This document shows positions 38,116 to 49,544 of a DNA stretch of 64,000 bases, in pieces (within the stretch, counting starts at the first letter, position 1; each line of letters opens with the position of its first letter). The translations under genes were made by a program, and so were the position numbers. The notes beneath the pieces were generated by a model. It had not been told where the DNA came from. It saw only the letters and a list, made by a program, of their open reading frames with translations, and made no database searches. Where the stretch lies: positions 1,302,001 to 1,366,000 of the forward strand of contig ML978124.1 in NCBI GenBank assembly GCA_010015805.1, written 5' to 3'. This DNA comes from Rhizodiscina lignyota (Eukaryota).

Positions 38116-40541
38116 ATGTCACTCCTCGACAAAGTGCCCGGCGAGCTTAAACTGTACATAGGAGGGTGCGTAGCCAAGCCAGCCTGGAACGCCCCGTCTT
38201 CACTCTGCAATAATGTCCCCCAATGATATGATTCCTCATCGCGTCGAAGCATCTCTGATGGGGTCTGAGATGCCCTGCGAACAAGTAGTTGACTCACTGT
38301 TGAATGCAGACTCTTCACGCTACGGCGAAAGGCGGCGCTGCAGGAAGCAAACATCACCCATGTTGTCTCGGTGCTGCGTATGTCCTTGGACGAAGATTTC
38401 TTCGCTCCCTACAAGCACCTGATGATCGAGGTGGACGATGTCGAGGACGAAAACTTGCTCGAGCACTTCCCAGCCACGAACCGGTTCATCCAGGACGGAC
38501 TGGATGGCGGCGGCGGCGTGTTCGTACATTGGTAAGCGCCTTTTTTCCCCTTTCGTCACTTTTTGCTCCCCGTTCGAGCTGAATGCCATCCAAAATCTCA
38601 CGCTTAATTTTACTCTTCTTCTTTCGTATCTTCCTGTCATCATCTGCGCTTGCCGCGCGAACGATTACATGCTTGCGTGGAGGGAGATGCGCGCCAGCCC
38701 GGATCTGAACACATGGACCACGTGGAAGGGAGGCGCATCACTCCTGATACTCCTTGCCGGCAACGCCGATCACTATCGGACTGCACACATTATCCTCAAA
38801 ATTTCCCGATTATTGTCTCGGAGCTCTTGCCAAGGCGGGAAGCTAGGTTACATAAAACCCACAGGTACCGTCTCGAGCTGTTACCGGCACGGTCGTCATC
38901 TCGCATCGAGGCATGTCAAACTTGGGGGCCATCGGAAAGCCTCCTCGGGAGATGCTCCCACCCCCATCTTCAGCCCTATCTGGCAGACTTTAGCCGACGG
39001 TTTGAAAGCTCTGACGATGTGGTGGCGAATGTCACCTTTCTCCATTGATCCCCCTTTGTAGAGAGGTTGGCATTACGTCGGCGCCTGAATCACTCGCACA
39101 GGATGAACTCACAGATACTCGGAAGGGAATGCAAAGCCGTTGCATTGCTACAAGATCCAATCTGTGCCAAGCAAATTCCAAAGATCGGGATATTGCGCCG
39201 ACGATGCGGCCGCTTTAATTTTCGGGCATATCGGACCTTTGATATCGGCTCTTCGTGGAAACGATGAGGCAGACACCGAAGGCTGAGACAAAGTGCCGCA
39301 TGCCTGTCGAAGCTCGCTTCGCGCAAGGTGGAGACAGACTGCAGATCGAGCGCGCGGCTCAAAAGAGCAATTCCCAGAAGTCGGACGCACCCCTGGCCAT
39401 GATGTTTCAACACCTGAGGCATCCACTATACTGTGCGGAGAGCATAACGACGTCCAAGTAGATGGAGACTTTCACGAAATAGGAATTTGCGGACGAATCA
39501 GAGTTTTCTCTTCATCTAAATTCCGTATAGTCTTCAAAAGCAATTCCACCGCTATACTTTTCGTTCTATTTTCTATTTTCTTTTTTTGCTACCATCAGCC
39601 TGTCTTACAACCACCAACAGCCGAGTGTCACACCATCGAACTCGTCTTACTAACCATGGATCCTCCACAGCGCAATGGGCAAATCCCGCTCCGCAACCAT
39701 CATCCTCGCATACCTCCTCTCCACCCACCCTCACATGGACCCCGATTCCGCCCTGGCCTTACTCCGGGAGTCCCGCCCCCTATGTGAGCCAAACTTCGGA
39801 TTCATGCAGCAGCTGAGGCTCTACTATGACATGCGGTGCCCTGCCACTGCTGACGCGCTGGCCGCCTCACCGCCTTACCAACGGTGGCTCTATCAACGCG
39901 AGGTCGAGAGCGCAAGGAGCGTCGGGCAGGCTCCTACGCTCGAGAAAATTCGCTTCGAGGATGAGCATCCTGAAGAGAAGGAAGAGGAAAGGGCGGTGCA
40001 GGGGGTGCGCGAGGAGATAGAGACCGGCGAGCGCCAAGGCATCGAGCTAAAGTGCAAGAAGTGCCGGCGCACTCTGGCCAGGACGCCATTCGTGGTGCCG
40101 CACGTGCCGGCGCGCTTCGGCAGCCAGGCTAGTCCTCCCCCTTCCGGTCTCACGATCACACCTCACAGACGACGAAGCAACAGCCACGGTAGCAGTGGCG
40201 CGGCCGGATCCTCCAGCGCAGATGCGGCCGCGGGCGAGATGAGCAACGATGAGTGCGCGCACCACTTCATCGACCCGCTGTCTTGGATGCGGGAGGAACT
40301 GAGCCAGGGGAAGCTCGAGGGCAAGCTCGAGTGTCCAAACGCGCGCTGCAAGACGCTGGTCGGCAAGTATGCGTGGCACGGGTTGCGCTGCTCGTGCGGC
40401 GGGTGGGAGGTGCCTGGCATCAGTCTGGCAAAGGGCAGAGTGGACGAGATCAAGGTCAGGAGCGGAGGCGCGGTGGGCGCGCTTGCTGCAGACGGCCTGG
40501 CCAGGATTAGGCGCGGCCCTGGCGTCGCTGGGAATCTCTGA
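38116..40541 (+). CDS. YVH1: Dual-specificity phosphatase / 60S assembly factor Yvh1 (DUSP12 family); exons 38116-38165, 38310-38531, 39671-40541
   Basis: LYIGG|LFTL, ITHVVSV and IEVDDVEDENLLEHF. The signature VHC|AMGKSRSA is restored only by removing 38532-39670. Also EPNFGFMQQL and a C-terminal Zn domain (CKKC, CAHHF, CPNARC, CSCG). Confidence 0.93.
38532..39670 (+). other. 1139-nt spliceosomal intron of YVH1 with a hairpin-rich core (candidate intron-hosted ncRNA, ~38650-39530)
   Basis: Donor GTAAGC at 38532, TACTAAC at 39648-39654, acceptor CAG at 39670. The intron is required to rebuild the catalytic motif. The ncRNA interpretation is inference. Confidence 0.85.
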
Positions 40542-42966
40542 TGCAGACTTTCGCCTGTGTCGCGTGGAAAACGTTCGGCATTTGCAAAGCGCGCACGTGG
40601 ACACTGATGGGAGGCGGAAACGGTGGTACCTATTAGAGGATTTCGGAGTTGATGTCACTGTCCCGCACGAAAGGCCCACAGAGCCGTGCGAGAAATGGGC
40701 GTGGGGGTTTTAGAGACAGCAGTTGTGGGACGAAATGAGCACTTTAAAGAGGATAGGGGGCGGGAAATGTAAGAATATACCCAGTCTTAGATGATGGCAT
40801 CTTGCATGATCTGGGGAAAGAAGCAAACCGTCACTTGGCATCTCGCGTCAGGCATCAGGGTGGAAAATAGACTTGAGACACCTACGGAGTATGTAATGCG
40901 ATGTAACGATTTCCGTCGTTTCGATTAGTAGGCGCTTGGTGATGTTTGCTCTCGCGGCGAACCCTGCGTTAAGATCCCTGATAACGACTCCCATGATATC
41001 TCCCTGTAGGTGCAAGTGCAACGCACAATTCCAAAGGGCGTTGCGATGTGTTGTTTCTGGTGTGACACGGCAGCCTGCAGTCTGCACCGTAATTGTTGAG
41101 TTGAACTGAGCGCAGATTGACTTCTGACAGCTGTTTGATTGAAGCTCGACAATGACGTGCATGGCGTGAGAAATCACGGTCCGGTAAGCACAGCATATGC
41201 CCAATTTTGCAATTCTCACAGCCGCCAGGCAAATTTTGAGCTGATCAATTCCCGCATCGCGGCATTCCTGAGAGAAAGTGCTGCCAAAGCGAAACTCTCA
41301 GTACGAGTTACGCCACAGCTGGAAGTTTTTAGATGTGTACGATCTTCATCTGAAACGAAATTTTGCCTTCGTGCGAGACGCTGGCGCCTCAATTGGCCAA
41401 TCTTTTTCACTCAAACTGTCGTTGCTATTCAGGCCCCAATGCCACGGTCTGCGCAATGACGCAGTTTATTTTTGAAGCTTAAGCGAATCCCCTCTGAATG
41501 GTAGTCGATTCCTTAGGCACAAAAAGTTAATTCGCTAAAACTCCGCGACGTACTGTGTACATAGGTACATCTTGCCGACGGCCAATAGGGGGCGCTAGGA
41601 CGGATTGCTTCGGATCATGGCAACTACAAGTTCCGCGGCATTTACTAAGGCTGTCTTCTGGTGCCTAACCGATGTGGTCTCTAGACTCTGGCTTCAAGAT
41701 GTTCAGCTGGTGTCATGCTGGTACGTACATCTGTGGTGTGCAGGTTCAAAGTGGATCAGGTGCCTAGAGACTGTAGAGGTGCTTGAAGGTCTGCCCCACA
41801 AGTCAACCGCAGGTATCGAGGGCACGTTCCGTACACTTATCCCAGAGTAAGTGGCCTTGCGAGTGATTTTGACCCAAGTCAGGGATTATTTAGCGAGATC
41901 GACGGAGATACCGTTCGTCCCGTCGCGGGAGGTAATCATCTAAGCGTATGATTCGTCAACGGTGTCAACTCCTAAAGATGAAATCAGATTCATTTGATGA
42001 CAGCCACTTCCTAAGACGATCTGCAAATATTGACATGTTTTCGAATGGCAAGACCACGAAACTCGTACTCGGCGATTGTCTACGAAGCGTCTGAAGTTTG
42101 ACTGGATGCAACAACATGTGGATGATAACCTAAAGTGGAGTGTACTTCCGTGTTGTTGCATGCTGTGGGGATTTGCCAAGCCATATTGATTGTCTTGCAG
42201 AAATACCACGGCTCTCTGAGAGGCCATCGAGGTGCGACTTGCGCTCGGGGCTACAGTCGAAAACGGATAGAAAATCGAGGGAAAAGGATCGAGGATTGGC
42301 TGACCCGGGTGGATTGCATGGTTTCGGGACAGCTTCCTTCGATCATCGCGGAGAAGCACCGTATCGTGCTGGCTCGGATGACCAAGCAATGCCCAAATCG
42401 AAACCGAAACCGTAACCCTGACGGCCTGACCTGTCATTCTGCCGTGAATTTAGAAAGAACGCCTGGCGGTCAGCCACGTGGGACAGATATCCGCCGGAAT
42501 TGTCTGCCAATCCTCTCCGTGAGCGGAAGCTTTCCAGAAGGAAAGGGACGCGCCTCTCGTATCGTCCGGCAAGTGGGTACTGTCAAGGGCGGAGTGTCAG
42601 AACTTTAATTTTCCGCTCTCTGGCCGTCTCAGCCTGTCAGCGCCGATCCGGGGCATTTTCCGCATTCATATGAACTCATTGCTGACCACCATACGCAGCG
42701 CTTAAGCAGGGATAGTGTTCGCGCGCGACGAACGAAAGACATGAGATGATGCGATCGCTACGACATTTAGGAGAACCCTGAAGGGTGTAAGGAAGTTCTT
42801 CACACCATAAGTCGAATTTTTGAACACAACAAGCGAAGAGAGATGTTCAAACTCAGTATTCTGCTCCGAAACCTAGCACGGCCACCTCCTGGGATTCGTA
42901 TTCCTGGATATGCTGAGTAAGACGTCGGAAAGCCTTCAACCACAAAACATTGAATTGTGGCAAATG

Positions 42967-43683
42967 TCATAGATCACCAGAAGGAACTGATGGGAAAGCG
43001 GATGGGTTTTTCAGCCGCTCTCTGTTCCGTTTAGCTTGTTCGATATTGCGTAAACGCTCAACTCGTTGCTGGTAGAAGTTCCTGACTCCGTTATTAGATC
43101 TCGATGGACAAATCTCTCCATTGAACGAAGCGTACTTGTGTAAGTTGAATATGCGAGGTCCATCATCTGTTTTCTCCGGATCTTTTTGCTCAAGAGATTT
43201 GATCTTGAACATTGTGAGTATCATATTGGACAGGCGAAATGATTCATGGAAATTACCTTCTCGTCACGTTCTTTCTCATCGTTCTTGTCTTCTTCCTCTT
43301 CCTCCTTTTTATCTTCCTTCTTCTTATCTTTGTCTTTATTTTTCTCCTTTTCCTTTCGCTTCTTCTCCTTCTCCTTCTGCTTCTCTGCGTATTCCTTCTT
43401 CACGGCTTCAATCTCGCGATCAAGGGCTTCCTTCTTCTTTCTTTCCTCAACGGCAGCTGCTTCATCTGCATCTGGGATAGCAAAGCCTCTATCTTTGAGA
43501 TGTCCCGGGCAAATGTAAAAGAAATCCTGCAGAATTAATACAGCTACGGAAGATCTACTTTGACTGGCCCACCTTGTTATCCGGCGTGATCAGGACGCTT
43601 GTGGATGGTTTGAAGCAAACCCAACACGCCTTCGCCTGGCCTTCAGCGACCTTCCGGTGGTGCCACTCATTCTTGAGCGACAT
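42967..43683 (-). CDS. VFA1: Vps4-associated protein 1 (Vfa1/DUF1742); exons 43683-43573, 43526-43257, 43203-43136, 43081-42967
   Basis: The spliced product reads MSLKNEWHHRKVAEGQAKACWVCFKPSTSVLITPDNK|DFFYICPGHLKDRGF, then a K/E-rich coil, then RIFNLHK|NFYQQRV..FPSVP. It appears only as fragments in the ORF track. Confidence 0.88.
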
Positions 43684-43828
43684 TTTTCCGGTATGAATCA
43701 AGTTGTCGTGAGACCCTGCCTTGCGATATCAATGTTGTCCACGATGATTTGGCATCGGATGGACGAGGAAGGGCGCCACACATGCACTAGTGGGAAATTC
43801 CGCCTTATCGATAACCTTAATTTAAGCG

Positions 43829-43835
43829 GAGTCAT
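43829..43835. promoter_or_regulatory. Candidate Gcn4/CPC-1 site (ATGACTC on the minus strand) in the VFA1-ARG4 divergent promoter
   Basis: GAGTCAT at 43829-43835. TTGACTG variants lie near 43879 and 44002, and adjacent GATA motifs (CTTATCGATAA) at 43804-43814. Confidence 0.5.
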
Positions 43836-44102
43836 AAAAAGCTTGACGCAGTTCTGACTGGTTGAGATTTCCCCAGACCAGTCAAATTCTTGAGCTCACA
43901 AGAGCTATATTAACCCACTTTCTCCGCTCAATTGAGGCACAGATTGTGTTCATCTCTTCATATCTTACACAGTAGCGCGCAAATTGAAGAGTCTTCCATC
44001 ACAGTCAAATCATCCTCCTGCAGTCGATTGAAGAACGCTTCAGCCCTCCTTCACCTCCGTGACTATCCAGACTCATATCGTCAATCGCGCGTCGCTTACA
44101 GC

Positions 44103-45500
44103 ATGAGCTCCAGCAATGCCCCGAGCAAGAACATGCTCTGGGGTGGCCGCTTCACTGGTGGACTCGATCCGTTGATGGTGGCATACAATGAGTCAATCTA
44201 CATCGATCGTGCCTTCTACGCTCAGGACGTTGCTGGCTCCATTGCATACGCTCGCGCCAACAAAAACCTGGGTATCCTCTTCGATGATGAATTTGCCGCG
44301 ATAGAAAAGGGCCTCTCACAAGTGCGAACGGAATGGGAGACGGGCAAGTTTGAGATCAGAGCGGGCGTTGATGAGGATATTCACACAGCGAATGAGCGCA
44401 GACTGGGCGAGATCATTGGCACAGCAATAGCGGGAAAGCTACACACCGGTCGGAGTAGGAATGATCAAGTTGCGACTGATATGAGGATGTGGCTGAGGGA
44501 CGAGCTGAGGAAGATTGAGCAATACTTGGTGGACTTTTTGAAAGTAATTGCTGCAAGAGCTGAGAAGGAGGTCGAGTACGTCATGCCGGGCTACACACAT
44601 CTTCAGCGGGCACAGCCTGTGAGGTGGAGTCATTGGATGCTAAGCTACGGGTTGTCCTTCGCGGCAGACCTTGAGCGGTTAAGAGAAGTACTAAAGAGGG
44701 TCAATCGGTGTCCACTGGGATTTGGAGCCTTGGCTGGCAATCCATTTGGCATCGACAGAGACGCAATGGCGAAAGAACTGGGCTTTGATGGCTTGCTGTA
44801 CAACTCGATGGCAGGTGTTGCTGACCGCGACTTTGTCGTTGAAACGATGCAGTGGGGTTCAATGCTGATGACACACATGTCACGTTGGGCAGAGGACCTG
44901 ATCATATACAGCACGGCGGAGTTTGGCTTTGTTAGGCTCGCGGACGCGTATTCGACAGGAAGCTCCTTGATGCCACAAAAGAAGAACCCAGACAGTTTAG
45001 AGCTGCTTCGCGGAAAGAGTGGGCGCGCGTTCGGGCAGATGGCAGGTCTCATGATGACAATCAAAGGCATACCGTCGACATACAACAAAGACCTCCAAGA
45101 GAGCGTCGAACCAATGATTGACCATGTCAAGACTGTGGGCGACAGCATACAGATTGCCACCGGAGTACTCTCTACCATGGACATCTTCCCAGAGAAGATG
45201 CTAGCAGCGTTGACCCCGGACATGCTCGCAACAGACCTCGCAGAGTACCTCGTCAGAAAGGGTGTACCATTCCGAGAGACGCATCATACATCCGGAAGAG
45301 TCGTTGCTCTTGCAGAGAAAGAGAAAGTGCCCATGGACAAACTGTCGTTGGAACAGTTGCAGTCAGTCGATAGTAGATTCGAGAGTGACATCATGCAGAC
45401 CTTCGACTACCAGAGAAGCGTGGAGTTGAGGTCGGCAAAAGGGGGGGCAAGCAAGTCTTCAGTGCACGAACAAGTACAAGTCCTGAAGGGAATGCTGTGA
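44103..45500 (+). CDS. ARG4: Argininosuccinate lyase, intronless
   Basis: [28 protein letters not shown], fumarate-lyase signature [21 protein letters not shown] and GVPFRETH. Confidence 0.97.
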   Translation: MSSSNAPSKNMLWGGRFTGGLDPLMVAYNESIYIDRAFYAQDVAGSIAYARANKNLGILFDDEFAAIEKGLSQVRTEWETGKFEIRAGVDEDIHTANERRLGEIIGTAIAGKLHTGRSRNDQVATDMRMWLRDELRKIEQYLVDFLKVIAARAEKEVEYVMPGYTHLQRAQPVRWSHWMLSYGLSFAADLERLREVLKRVNRCPLGFGALAGNPFGIDRDAMAKELGFDGLLYNSMAGVADRDFVVETMQWGSMLMTHMSRWAEDLIIYSTAEFGFVRLADAYSTGSSLMPQKKNPDSLELLRGKSGRAFGQMAGLMMTIKGIPSTYNKDLQESVEPMIDHVKTVGDSIQIATGVLSTMDIFPEKMLAALTPDMLATDLAEYLVRKGVPFRETHHTSGRVVALAEKEKVPMDKLSLEQLQSVDSRFESDIMQTFDYQRSVELRSAKGGASKSSVHEQVQVLKGML

Positions 45501-46247
45501 TTTGGAGCTAGCTCGACCGACTTGCTTTTAATCAGTCCGTGCAAAAGTAGACCATCGGAGTCTTCGGATAGTGCACTTTCAGTGACAGTGCGCCGATGTA
45601 TTGTTAGCATTGTTTTTGAATAGGACTTGAAGAAAATGTGCAACATGATAGTCTGCTTTCAAATTGATGTTGGAATTACTGTCACACGTTGAGTGTTGTT
45701 GTCTGTTTTGGTGAAGCCGAAATTTGCGATGCCGTTTTCGTCTGGGTACATCGGGTGGCGGCCATGGTTCCGCAGTCACTTTGCGTCATTCCACTGGCAG
45801 TGTCTCCTCACTCTCCTCAATTGGAGCCGTCTCAATGTCATTGGCAGTATTTGTCTCGTCACGAGCATCTGCGGAGTATTCTGCTCTCCACTTCAGGTGA
45901 TAGGTCACGCAACCATGCGTTGATACGGTGAGTATTGTCTCCCGTCTCTTTCAGCTCTCCCGGACGAGCTCTTGAACAAGCCTCGCACCGTCGGAGTACC
46001 GAATCCAAGAAACTCGCTGTTCCGCGTGCTGTCCATGCGAAAAACCAACGGATTCTGCACATCTGTCCCTTGCCTTTCTAATTTTTCCGCCAGCCTAGTC
46101 GAAACTAACTTCAAGCATGTGATAGTCCCGGCCATGGCATCCTGCCGCATGCTCCACCATTGAGCAGCTTTAACGTTACTCATATCCTACGTGTCGGAGA
46201 ATTATCAACCACATCTATCTCGGTCCCTTACGTTTCCACGAGCAGCA

Positions 46248-48618
46248 ATGGCTGCGCGGCGATCCTCCAGGCTTCTTAAGCCGCTTCTCTACACCACCGG
46301 CGCCGCAGTAGTGGGCGGAGGAATCCTCTACATCCAATACCGACCGAGAGATATTCCAGGGCAGGAAGCTGCTCAGGTTGCTCCACCAACATACGGAGAG
46401 GGTGGAGTATTTCGACCTCCTAATTTTCCGGCCATCAAGAATAGGGAAGATCAAATTGCTGAGCTGCAGTGCAGTGGTGGGATTGTGAGCAAGGCCACCA
46501 AGGCAAAAGGAACAATCTCATCATGGATGGGCGGCAGTGGTGCGGATACGGCGGGAGAAGTAAAGGAGGACGAGTCAGAGCTTTATGACTTGCTGATAAT
46601 AGGTGGTGGTGCTACTGGCTCGGGGGTAGCTCTGGATGCAGCAACACGCGGTCTCAAGGTGGCAGTCGTGGAGAGGGATGACTTCAGCAGCGGGACGAGC
46701 AGCAAGAGTACAAAGCTTGTGCATGGTGGTGTAAGATATTTGGAAAAGGCAGTGTGGGAATTGGACTACAATCAGTGCGTCTCGAAGAGCGCCATTTCGA
46801 ACACTCTCAAATCTTGCTAATACGGCTCGTTTAGGTACAAACTTGTCAGAGAAGCATTGCGAGAGCGCAGATATTTCCTAGATACCGCACCGCATCTTTC
46901 ATCATGGCTTCCGATCATGATTCCTGTCGACAAATGGTGGAAGGCTCCGTACTTTTGGGCCGGAACAAAATTCTACGACTTCCTTGCCGGCGCCGAGAAC
47001 ATTGAAAGTTCTTACTTCCTCACACGAAGCAAGGCGCTGGATGCGTTTCCAATGTTGAAGAAGGATGGCCTTGTCGGTGCTTTAGTCTACTATGGTATAT
47101 GCTGACCTCCACTTTCGTCCTTTTACAAACATGGCTGACATCATCAGACGGTGCGCACAATGACTCCCGCATGAACGTGTCATTAGCCGTCACAGCGGCT
47201 CTCTATGGTGCCACGGTTGCCAACCATGTCGAGGTCACCGCGCTCGAGAAAGACGCTTCTGGCAAAATTATCGGAGCCCGTGCCAAGGACGTCATTGCCG
47301 AAAAGAATGGGAAGAATGTGGGGGAATTCACCATCAGAGCAAAAGGTGTCATCAATTGCACAGGCCCGTTCACGGATTCAATACGCAAACTCGACGAACC
47401 CACTGTACAGGAAATCGTTGCACCCAGTTCAGGTGTCCATGTCATCCTGCCTGGATACTACAGCCCCGCAAATATGGGTTTAATAGATCCACATACGTCA
47501 GATGGCCGAGTCATTTTCTTTCTGCCATGGCAGGGTAATACTATTGCTGGAACAACTGATGCTCCCACGGAGATTCGGGCAAATCCTATTGCGGGCGAGG
47601 ATGAGATCGGTTGGATCCTGAACGAGATTAGAGGCTATCTCCAGCCTGAAATAAATGTGCGCCGTGGAGACGTGCTGGCTGCCTGGTCTGGGATCCGTCC
47701 GCTGGTTCGTGATCCCAAAGCGAAGAGAACCGAAGGACTCGTGCGTAATCACCTCATCACTACGTCCGAGAGCGGACTTATCACCGTCGCCGGCGGAAAA
47801 TGGACTACGTATCGTGAAATGGCGGAGGAAGCTGTTGACGAGGCTGTCAAAGAGTTCAACCTGACGCCCGGCCCCGTGATAAATCCGCCAAATGTTAGCG
47901 GCACGGCCATTAAGGATGCTGACGCGAATCTCGATGGATCATGTCAAACGCACAAGGTCCGCCTGATCGGTGCTCACGGTTTCTCCCAGACTCTTTTTAT
48001 CAACCTCATTCAGCATTATGGCGTCGAGACCGAAGTTGCCAAATACCTCTGCACTGCCTATGGCGACCGCGCCTGGACTGTTGCTGCACTCTCTTCCCCG
48101 ACAGAGCAGCGTTTTCCCGTTCGTGGCAAGCGCATCTCCGACCTCTACCCCTTTGTTGACGGCGAGGTGAGATATGCAGTGCGCCATGAGTATGCGCAAA
48201 CCGCTGTGGATGTCATTGCTCGACGTATGCGGTTGGCATTCCTCAATGCCCAAGCCGCTTTGGAGGCGCTTCCCACTGTCATTGATCTCATGGGCGAGGA
48301 GCTGAAGTGGGATTCGAAGAGAAAAGAGAAGGAGTGGGAAGATGGTAAGGCGTATCTGGCAAGCATGGGTTTGCCGAAGGGTAAGTTGAGCTTGTCGAGG
48401 AAACAAGTGGAGAAGGGGAACGTTGGAAAGTACGAAGATGAGGAATTCGGGATGTACGCTAGACACGGTGAGTTTTGAAGGATATCTGCATCTCTATGAT
48501 ATATGAATCAGTCACTAACAGTTGAACAGACAAGCCAGATGAAGTTTTGGCGAGCGACTCGAAATATCCCGCTGGAGAAAACCCAGTCCAGAAGCGGGAC
48601 TCACCGACCAACGACTAA
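46248..48618 (+). CDS. GUT2: Mitochondrial FAD-dependent glycerol-3-phosphate dehydrogenase; exons 46248-46774, 46835-47094, 47148-48467, 48530-48618
   Basis: [47 protein letters not shown] and AGGKWTTYR. Three canonical introns join in frame. Confidence 0.96.
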
Positions 48619-48842
48619 ATATTTCATACGGTGTCTGGGATATGGTACCACTGTAAGTACTGTAATTTAGATAAAATGAAAATAACTCTCTCGCCATAAA
48701 AGCATGTCTATCGCTATTCAATGAACCGAGAACACCACAAAGTTCTATCAGTTTCCTTTCCAAGAACATCAATAGTACACATCAGAGCTTAGCCTGACTT
48801 TGACCGCATCCCTCTTGACCCTGCAAGGAAAATCTCCTTATC

Positions 48843-49544
48843 TTAATGATTTGCTAGCTGCTGCTTTCTTCTTGCCACTTCCTCCTTAAGCACGTTTGTA
48901 TCCCACCACGCTTTCGCTTCTACGATCTGGAGGCCGTCCGTCCCTACTCCAAAATGTTTCTCTTGGACAAGGAAGCTCAACATACGCGGTACAATGATAG
49001 GTTCTCCCGCGAGTACTCCCTTGAGCCAGAAAGTTGTTTCGGTATCGAAAAGGAATAAGTCGCCTGTCCTCGTATCTTCCAAGTTACCGGGTGCGGTTGC
49101 TGATGTTCCGTTTACTCCATTGGCCAGTACTTGTGATGAAGCAATGGACGTCGACAAGGGAGAGTCGGATACGATCCTGGTTATCTTGTTGTTATGCTGC
49201 ACCTTCTCGAACGGACCGAACAAATCGCGCATCCAATCCCAGATCTCCTCGCCTCCGTTGTACACCTTTCCGTCGGCATTGTAGAACTTGGCTTTGGGCG
49301 CGTACCATTCGTCGTATCGACATGAAAGATCGCCGGAGTCCACTTTAGCGATGTATTTCGCCATGAATGAAACTGATGCTGGAAGAGCACGGGACGATAC
49401 AGGGTCTGTCGGCAATGGTCCTGGAAATGTGATGCATTGCTGATTCAACAGCTTTGTGGTTGGCTCTTGTTTCGACGAGGCCTTGCAGAATTGCTCTTCC
49501 CTCTGGATCGCTTGGTCTTGCAGGAGGCGTACCATGTACGTCAT
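48843..49544 (-). CDS. Hypothetical protein with SnoaL/NTF2-like fold
   Basis: 233-aa ATG ORF. WYAPKAKFYNADGKVYNGGEEIWDWMRDLF and a C-terminal LQIVEAKAWWD resemble the NTF2-like pattern. Confidence 0.65.
   Translation of the reverse strand: MTYMVRLLQDQAIQREEQFCKASSKQEPTTKLLNQQCITFPGPLPTDPVSSRALPASVSFMAKYIAKVDSGDLSCRYDEWYAPKAKFYNADGKVYNGGEEIWDWMRDLFGPFEKVQHNNKITRIVSDSPLSTSIASSQVLANGVNGTSATAPGNLEDTRTGDLFLFDTETTFWLKGVLAGEPIIVPRMLSFLVQEKHFGVGTDGLQIVEAKAWWDTNVLKEEVARRKQQLANH

Noticed and set aside
39004..39031. GAAA and CTGACGA, hammerhead-ribozyme core words, in the YVH1 intron
   Set aside because: The order and spacing cannot form stems I and III, and the motif after the putative stem II is GAAT rather than GAAA.
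38438..39061. 207-aa ORF running from YVH1 exon 2 into the long intron
   Set aside because: It overlaps the real exon in another frame, crosses the donor and pyrimidine tract, and has no recognisable motif.
39334..39532. Group I intron R/S-like words (ACAGACTG and GTATAGTC)
   Set aside because: There is no AAGAUA-type J8/7 and no credible P or Q elements; the intron has ordinary spliceosomal signals.
40600..42900. Possible gene relic between YVH1 and VFA1 (ORFs 41139-41459 and 42135-42608)
   Set aside because: No recognisable family or consistent exon structure.
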